Positions 58,069-64,000 of a DNA stretch of 64,000 nucleotides are shown piece after piece. The translations under genes and the position numbers were made by a program. Each line of letters opens with the position of its first letter. Position 1 is the stretch's first letter. This DNA is from a virus (Duplodnaviria > Caudoviricetes). The notes beneath the pieces were generated by a model. It searched no databases. It saw only the letters and a program-made list of their open reading frames with translations, and was not told the DNA's origin. The stretch spans positions 160,001 to 224,000 of IMG/VR virus record IMGVR_UViG_3300035522_000179. The stretch is one strand, 5' to 3'.

Positions 58069-60657
58069 ATGAAAATATGTGAACTTGAATTAACAAATTT
58101 TGCTGGTATCTATGCTACCATGCACAGAACTTTTGTAAGACTGAATTTAAGAAAGTCAAAAAATAAGATTTGTTTGATTACTGGTCCGAATGGACACGGT
58201 AAGACAGTGTTACTGTCACAGTTAAACCCTTTCGCCACACTCGGAACTGTGGATGAAAGGGATTCTCTTCAACTTATATTGGAAGGGAAAGAGGGACATA
58301 AAAAAATTATCATTCAAGATGAAGAAAACGAATATGAAATCGACCATTTCTATTCACCAAATAAATCCACACATTCTGTGAAGTCTTACATTAAGAAAAA
58401 TGGAGACGAATTAAATCCAAATGGAAATGTCACTTCCTTTAAGGAAATTATCAAGAATGAACTGGATATGGAACAAGAGTATATGAAACTTGTTCGTTTA
58501 GGAAATAATGTAACCAATCTCATTGAGCTTAAGAGTTCTGAGAGAAAGACCTTTATGTCAAAGATCTTAGAAGATGCGGATATCTATCTTAAGTATTATA
58601 AGAAGATTAATATGGAAGTAGGAACCTTAAAGACATTAATCTCTCATACAACGGATAAAATCAATAAGCTTAATGTAGATGATGTGGATGGAGTAAAAGA
58701 GAAACTAAAGAAAGAAGAAAAAGAATTAAAAGAACTGGACGAATCCATTTTGAAATTAAACGATACGATATCGGTAATTGAATTTCAGATTGGGTCGATT
58801 CCCCCAGTAGACATGGAGAAACTTCTGGATTCTGAAGTGAAACTAAAGAAGATGGAAAAGAAGCTAAAAGAGAAATCTTCAATATCTGTAGAATCTCTTA
58901 AGAATGACGAAGTGGAATTGTCTTTACGAATTGCTACAAACACAGAGAGATTACGGAGTTTAAAATCTTCTTTGGATAACTCTCTGGATACCATGGATTC
59001 CACAAGGTCTTCGATTAATATCTTGAGTCAACAGCTGAGTCGAATTGAAGATTCTACCGATATTATTGGTTTAACGAATATCATCGTTTCCTTAGAAAAG
59101 ACTATTAAGGAAGAAGAGGAACGTTTCAAACCTTATGGAGAAATTGGATATACTAGAAAAGATATTGAAAACTTCTTAGCATTCATTAAAGAAAAGCAAG
59201 AGGTTTTAAATACAACTTATGAGTTTGGTTCGGAAGTTGTAAAGAAAGTCTGTGATCTTTTGATGAAAGATAAGAACGTGATTTCTTATATTGAAGATCA
59301 TTTGAGGAAAGCAACTGAGGATGAAGAGATTGACAATGGAAAGTCGATTATTAAAAGAGTCTTTTCCAGATATCCGAAGTTTTCGATTCCTTCCAAATGT
59401 ACAAGTTGTGAAGCAATGGAAATCATCAACGACTTTCAGATGATTGCGAACATTGAAAAAGATAGTGAGTTAAAGTCAAAAGAGTTCTATACTTATATGA
59501 ATATGGCTTATAACAACATCAAAGGAGTTTTACTGTCTTTTTCGGAAAACAAAGAGTTGTTTTTAAAACTTCCTGAGTATATCAGGAAGGAATATAAAAC
59601 AGATGTCCTTCTTAAAAAGATTGGGAAAACCGAAATGGTTTATGATCAAAAGTTAATCTTTGATGAGTTATCGTTTATCACAGATTACGAGTTGTATTTA
59701 TCTCATCAAGAAGAATTAGAAAATAAAGAAACTGAATTAAAAACAATGGCTCATGAATCTTCTTTGAAATCTTTGAAAAAACAGATTAAAGAGCTGTCCC
59801 TGAAGTTAGAGCAAACAACGAGCAATTATTCCAAAGAGACAGAACTTTTCGCTGAAATTTCACGCAGTTTAGAGAAAGATAAAGATGAATTAAGTGAATT
59901 ACATACATTGATAGAGGCTCTGGAAAATAAAAACGAATTGGAATCTTTTGTAAAAGAAAGCAATGATTCTTTGAAAAAGAAAGATCAGTATAAAGAAGAG
60001 AAGTTTACCAAAACAAAACTTCGAGATTCCATGTCACTTGAAAAAAATAAAATCACAAGAGATATTTCCTTAATTCAATACACTTTAAAACAACTGGAAG
60101 AATTTAAAAAAGAATTAAAGGTTTATCAGAAATACTATGATGAATGGATTTTGATGAAGGAATCTCTTTCCGCGAATAAGGGAATTCCTTTGATCTTCAT
60201 TGACCTTTATTTAAAGAAATCTTTGAATGTGGTGAATGCATTACTGGATAGAATATATAATGGAAGAGTATATGTAGAGAAGTTTGATATTGCGGCAGAT
60301 TCGTTTACAATTCCTTTTGTAAAAGAGGGAACGAATGTACCGGATATTCGGTATGCTTCTCAGGGAGAGAAATCCTTCTTTTCCATTAGTTTATCTTTTG
60401 CAATCTCTTTTCAAAGTATGAGTAAATATAACATCATGTTATTGGATGAGTTAGACTCGGTGTTGGATGAGTCCAATCGATCGAACTTTATTCAGATTAT
60501 TGAAGAATTGATTGATATGATAAATGCGGATCAAATCTTTATTATCTCTCATAACAACATGTTTTCCATGTATCCAGTGGATGTGGTTTCTGTTGTAAAT
60601 GAATTACCGAAAGATAATAATCTTGCAAACTATATTGAAATCGAGTATGAGCAATAA
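58069..60657 (+). CDS. sbcC: SbcC/Rad50-like SMC ATPase
   Basis: GPNGHGKT, long coiled coils around a CTSC hook, signature ASQGEK, LLDELD..LD, IISHN; start ATG 58069. Confidence 0.92.
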   Translation: MKICELELTNFAGIYATMHRTFVRLNLRKSKNKICLITGPNGHGKTVLLSQLNPFATLGTVDERDSLQLILEGKEGHKKIIIQDEENEYEIDHFYSPNKSTHSVKSYIKKNGDELNPNGNVTSFKEIIKNELDMEQEYMKLVRLGNNVTNLIELKSSERKTFMSKILEDADIYLKYYKKINMEVGTLKTLISHTTDKINKLNVDDVDGVKEKLKKEEKELKELDESILKLNDTISVIEFQIGSIPPVDMEKLLDSEVKLKKMEKKLKEKSSISVESLKNDEVELSLRIATNTERLRSLKSSLDNSLDTMDSTRSSINILSQQLSRIEDSTDIIGLTNIIVSLEKTIKEEEERFKPYGEIGYTRKDIENFLAFIKEKQEVLNTTYEFGSEVVKKVCDLLMKDKNVISYIEDHLRKATEDEEIDNGKSIIKRVFSRYPKFSIPSKCTSCEAMEIINDFQMIANIEKDSELKSKEFYTYMNMAYNNIKGVLLSFSENKELFLKLPEYIRKEYKTDVLLKKIGKTEMVYDQKLIFDELSFITDYELYLSHQEELENKETELKTMAHESSLKSLKKQIKELSLKLEQTTSNYSKETELFAEISRSLEKDKDELSELHTLIEALENKNELESFVKESNDSLKKKDQYKEEKFTKTKLRDSMSLEKNKITRDISLIQYTLKQLEEFKKELKVYQKYYDEWILMKESLSANKGIPLIFIDLYLKKSLNVVNALLDRIYNGRVYVEKFDIAADSFTIPFVKEGTNVPDIRYASQGEKSFFSISLSFAISFQSMSKYNIMLLDELDSVLDESNRSNFIQIIEELIDMINADQIFIISHNNMFSMYPVDVVSVVNELPKDNNLANYIEIEYEQ

Positions 60658-60825
60658 AAAGGCTCCTAGAGAACTGAACGTTCTAAGGTTCTCTAGGAGT
60701 CTAGTAATGCGTCAGGCTTCACGAAAGGAGCGGTATTTTCAATAAATCATAAATTGCAAATTGCGAGTCTGTACATTTATTAAGAAGTTTACCATAGGCA
60801 AAAGACTTTTTCTACCCAACGCATT
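60655..60825 (-). ncRNA. candidate late structured small RNA 1 (rod-like, anti-SD bubble)
   Basis: AACA-AAATGT-TA promoter at 60836-60825; 5' AAUGCGUUGGG pairs with CCUGACGCAUU; own terminator hairpin at about 60660-60702 with a U-tract only on the minus strand; no SD-led ORF. Confidence 0.65.
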
Positions 60826-60841
60826 AACATTTTGTTTTTGA

Positions 60842-60883
60842 AAAATCCCCTGTATGAGAAATCAATCTCATACAGGGGATTTT
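60842..60883 (-). terminator. terminator of the NlpC/P60 gene, just upstream of the sRNA1 promoter
   Basis: AAAATCCCCTGTATGAGA/TCTCATACAGGGGATTTT. Confidence 0.85.
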
Positions 60884-60885
60884 AA

Positions 60886-61833
60886 TTACTTATTGGTTGA
60901 TGCGAACATCGCACGAAGTGTTGCACTTCCAGCGTATCCATCAGCAGCCAAACCTCTGGTATCATTCTGATATTTCGAAACATATGCTTTTGTGATGTCG
61001 CTATAATTGGTAGACACCTTCGTGGAATTGATAATTCCTTTCATGTCATATCTCATGACAGCATACAGATAAACATGAACGATATAAGTAATATCTGCAA
61101 AAGCAGTAGTGTTTTTCTTCATTGCAGAATAAGCAGGGCAAGCTGCAATTGTTTTGGTACCATACTTTCCATCAATCGAAAGCTTCGTGTTGGTCTTATA
61201 CTCTTTTACAAACAACGTCTGAAGAACCTTTACAGTTGCTTTCAAAGTGTTATCTCCGTAACTTCCATCTACTTTAATCTCTTCTTTTCCAAGTTTCGTA
61301 TTCACCCAAGTCTGATAATTGGTTACGATAACATCGGACGAAGTGGTATCCGTAGCTTTTTCTGTTTCGGTATACTCTACAAAAGAGGGAATCCCATAAT
61401 AATACCATCTACTGATCTTGAGATCCTCTTTGTAAACATTGAGTTTAGAGTCTCTCATCTCAACGGTACATCCATTTCCAAGGTATGCACCCATATGGGT
61501 CAGGTTTTTATTGAAAACCATACAAACCTTGTTTTTCGGAATGGCACCAATCAGACCCTTCTCTGTGCAATCGTTATAAAAGCCAGAGGCAGATCTGTCT
61601 ACACCAGAAAGAGGATAGAAGGCACCACTACAGTCTGCACCAATCTTTCCTTTTCCTTCTGCGAGTTTCGCATTGTAATAATCTTTGTTGTAAGTTGCTG
61701 ATCCAAATTGCTTGTACAATTTATCCGTAAGGGTTTTTGTGATGGTCTCACCGTTTGCTCCCCACAGATAGATTGCTCCATTGTTGTAAAGATCTTCGAA
61801 ATACTTTACGAACTTTTCACTACTTACACTCAT
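60886..61833 (-). CDS. NlpC/P60 peptidoglycan peptidase with PG-binding repeats
   Basis: YLWGA, ADCSG, THMGAY; repeats VDGSYG, IDGKYG, ADGYAG..T. Confidence 0.85.
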   Translation of the reverse strand: MSVSSEKFVKYFEDLYNNGAIYLWGANGETITKTLTDKLYKQFGSATYNKDYYNAKLAEGKGKIGADCSGAFYPLSGVDRSASGFYNDCTEKGLIGAIPKNKVCMVFNKNLTHMGAYLGNGCTVEMRDSKLNVYKEDLKISRWYYYGIPSFVEYTETEKATDTTSSDVIVTNYQTWVNTKLGKEEIKVDGSYGDNTLKATVKVLQTLFVKEYKTNTKLSIDGKYGTKTIAACPAYSAMKKNTTAFADITYIVHVYLYAVMRYDMKGIINSTKVSTNYSDITKAYVSKYQNDTRGLAADGYAGSATLRAMFASTNK

Positions 61834-62006
61834 GATAAATCTTCCTTTCTTATAATTGGTTTCTTCTTTATGGGATTTTTAACCACCCCTTGGTTACTTA
61901 AATAATAAGGTTTCCTTCTTCCACATATTTTTGCAGATTCAGGAACGTTTTCTTCTTTTGACATTTTTGTTAAATCATTATCTGAAAATTCTCTGTACTT
62001 CACCAT
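61830..62006 (-). CDS. 58-aa basic protein (not in the ORF track)
   Basis: MVKYREFSD...RKEDLS; ATGA-coupled to the NlpC gene. Confidence 0.5.
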   Translation of the reverse strand: MVKYREFSDNDLTKMSKEENVPESAKICGRRKPYYLSNQGVVKNPIKKKPIIRKEDLS

Positions 62007-62121
62007 GTCGTTTTACCATCCTTAACTATTTAATATTTACGAAGCAATTATTACAAAAAAGACTGACTTAGGATACTGTCCAATGCAAAACATATTTTTA
62101 ATAGAGAAATGAGGTGAAAAT

Positions 62122-62841
62122 ATGAATTTATCAAAACTCATGACACGTATTAAAACAGAACTTGGATTATATGCTATCGCTCTTCCGATAGATGATTTAG
62201 ATGGTACCATTCGAACTACAATCAAAGAAATGACACTTCGTGTGTATTCTCAGTATTTCCCACAGTATGAAATTGTGAGAAAGTCTGCTTCGGAACTTGA
62301 CAAAGCAGAACGAAATCTAGAGTATACCGATTTGTATTTGGATGTACCAGATGGAACGGAGATCTTGTCCATTGAAGATATCTATTATGATGCAAGTGAT
62401 ATATCTGGAATTGGATATTACGGAGCGGGTATGCCACTCTTTGAGCCAAATATGATTCAGGATTTGCTTACAACGAATATTGGAGCAAACATGTCAAACA
62501 TGATGTTTCCAAAACCTACTTGGGAATTCTTTTATCCCAGAAAGGTTCGCGTATATAACCTATATGGTGGAAGTATTTTCATTAAGTATGCAAAGCTTCA
62601 TGATTTATCTTTATCGTCCATTCCTTTTTCACAAGAAGAGACATTCACTCAACTTGCAATCTTGGATGTAAAGAAAGTTCTTTACAATGTCGTGAAGCAT
62701 TACAATGAGTTGGAAACTGCTCATGGTAGAATTACTCTTAAGATTGATGATTGGGCGGAAGCCGCCAATGAAAGACGAGATATTATCAACCAGTGGGATG
62801 ATAATTATCATCTGGAAAGAAAAACGATTTATTATGCATAA
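62122..62841 (+). CDS. probable neck / head-tail adaptor protein
   Basis: TLRVYSQYFP, F..P..V, LAILDVK..LY, I.L.IDDW; AACA-N6-TA at 62089. Confidence 0.55.
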   Translation: MNLSKLMTRIKTELGLYAIALPIDDLDGTIRTTIKEMTLRVYSQYFPQYEIVRKSASELDKAERNLEYTDLYLDVPDGTEILSIEDIYYDASDISGIGYYGAGMPLFEPNMIQDLLTTNIGANMSNMMFPKPTWEFFYPRKVRVYNLYGGSIFIKYAKLHDLSLSSIPFSQEETFTQLAILDVKKVLYNVVKHYNELETAHGRITLKIDDWAEAANERRDIINQWDDNYHLERKTIYYA

Positions 62842-62882
62842 TAAAAGAACTCATGCAATTTTTCGTTGCATGAGTTCTTTTA

Positions 62883-63329
62883 TTATTTTTCATATAGTTT
62901 TTCTGCAATGGTATTTACTACATTTACCAAATTGATATGAATCGTTCCATAAAATACACTTGATTCATTATTCGCAGCCAGTAATGTGAATAAGATATAA
63001 CTTTCATCCAAAGTATATTTCATCCATAAGAGAAATCGTTTCATTTCATCTTTTAGTATATGAAACTTCTCAAGTACTTTTTCATCATGAAATACTTTTA
63101 CAATGATCGCCGTCCAAACAACTTCAAATTTTGAGAAATCAAAGATTGGACGAATCCTCACTTGCTTCGTTTCTTTATCGATCTGCTCTTTGTATAAATG
63201 GGTAAAATTCTCATCATTTACAAATAACGATGGATGATCCATTACTACCTGGCAGTATTCTTCTGTGACAATATAATTGAATAAAGATTTGAATCGTTCT
63301 AAATCATATAAATCTTTATAGGTTGACAT
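62883..63329 (-). CDS. hypothetical protein
   Basis: SD AAGGAG; convergent terminator at 62844-62881. Confidence 0.7.
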   Translation of the reverse strand: MSTYKDLYDLERFKSLFNYIVTEEYCQVVMDHPSLFVNDENFTHLYKEQIDKETKQVRIRPIFDFSKFEVVWTAIIVKVFHDEKVLEKFHILKDEMKRFLLWMKYTLDESYILFTLLAANNESSVFYGTIHINLVNVVNTIAEKLYEK

Positions 63330-63405
63330 AATTAAAACTCCTTTATTTTGTTATTATACCATTAACGTAATAGTTAAATATAAAATGAGAAAGGAGACAT
63401 GAATC

Positions 63406-63702
63406 ATGGAAGATATGGAAATTTATAGGGGGATGTTCGCTAATACAAAATTTATGGTAGATACCTACACAAATCTTCTTACTATAATAGAACTCCTCTT
63501 AGAAAAAGGAATTTTGACCAATGAGGAACTTCTCACAATGAAAGAAAAAATGAAACAAAGACCGGAAATCGCATCCATGCAAAAGGTATTGGATGAGCAG
63601 GAAGAACTATTAAGTGGTCTGGAAAAAGATCCGGATGATGATCCTGAAGCATTAGATGATGCATTAGAGGAGTATTTAAATAATATAGTAGAGGAGGAAT
63701 AA
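63406..63702 (+). CDS. small acidic protein with SHOCT-like LLEKGILTNEE motif
   Basis: SD GAAAGGAG. Confidence 0.7.
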   Translation: MEDMEIYRGMFANTKFMVDTYTNLLTIIELLLEKGILTNEELLTMKEKMKQRPEIASMQKVLDEQEELLSGLEKDPDDDPEALDDALEEYLNNIVEEE

Positions 63703-63703
63703 T

Positions 63704-63859
63704 ATGGAAGAAAACCATGCAAAGAAAGCACACCATATTAAAACAATCAAACGATCTGAGATTAGTTCTTTGAAATCAGAATACATCAATACCTTAATTG
63801 ATCACAGTGATTCCACCTTACGATATATTAGAAAAAGAAAAGAGCAAAGGAATAAATAA
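63704..63859 (+). CDS. 51-aa basic protein (not in the ORF track)
   Basis: SD GAGGAGG; MEENHAKKAHHIK... Confidence 0.55.
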   Translation: MEENHAKKAHHIKTIKRSEISSLKSEYINTLIDHSDSTLRYIRKRKEQRNK

Positions 63860-63947
63860 TAACTATGGATCCATCGAGAATTTAATCTCGATGGATCCAT
63901 GTTGTTGAGGAAGGTTACATAGAATACTCTAAGCAAATTTAATTGCT
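63855..63947 (-). ncRNA. candidate late small RNA 2 (hairpin, anti-SD linker, terminator)
   Basis: AACA-ATTATT-TA at 63958-63947; 5' hairpin AGCAA-UUAAAU-UUGCU; linker containing AACCUUCCUC; 15-bp hairpin at 63865-63900. Confidence 0.5.
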
Positions 63948-64000
63948 AAATAATTGTTATTCAAAAATATAAAATAAGAACTAGAGTAGAAATGAATCTA

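Noticed and set aside
60723-60730. GAAAGGAG on the plus strand as the RBS of a missed gene
   Set aside because: No start codon at a suitable spacing and stops follow quickly; better explained as the anti-SD of a minus-strand RNA.
1-64000. Stop-codon reassignment
   Set aside because: Long conserved genes are intact in code 11, and TAG, TGA and TAA all occur as stops, several directly before terminators.
1-64000. CRISPR array, tRNA, rRNA, IS element
   Set aside because: No regularly spaced repeats, cloverleafs or transposase motifs seen; intergenic gaps are short.
1-64000. Phage nucleus shell (ChmA) or tubulin (PhuZ)
   Set aside because: No tubulin signature or recognisable shell protein in this window; cannot be excluded for the rest of the genome.

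Overview
This window is part of an AT-rich jumbo phage of the AR9/PBS1-phiKZ-related type. Its host is probably an anaerobic Firmicute, inferred from strong SD sites, GH25/NlpC/SleB-type hydrolases and NrdG. It uses the standard genetic code. It encodes two pieces of a split multisubunit RNA polymerase (beta C-half, beta' C-half without NADFDGD), the C-half of a split family-B DNA polymerase, NAD-dependent ligase, RecA/UvsX, Dda-like and DnaB helicases, SbcC and SbcD, NrdG, a T4 gp21-like prohead protease with head-core substrates, baseplate/neck/fibre proteins, four peptidoglycan hydrolases and many small accessory genes. Two promoter classes are readable by eye: ATATATTAT (9 perfect copies, before accessory genes, ligase and the beta' operon) and AACA-N6-TA (15 perfect copies, mostly before virion genes; matches the AR9 non-virion RNAP consensus). 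The most interesting signal is two stand-alone, apparently non-coding transcription units on the minus strand (about 60655-60825 and 63855-63947). Each has its own AACA-N6-TA promoter and terminator hairpin, folds into stems and exposes an anti-Shine-Dalgarno tract. One is perfectly complementary over 11 nt to the RBS of an early wHTH regulator gene. These are candidate late small RNAs for translational shut-off. All family assignments come from motif recognition by eye; no database searches were run.
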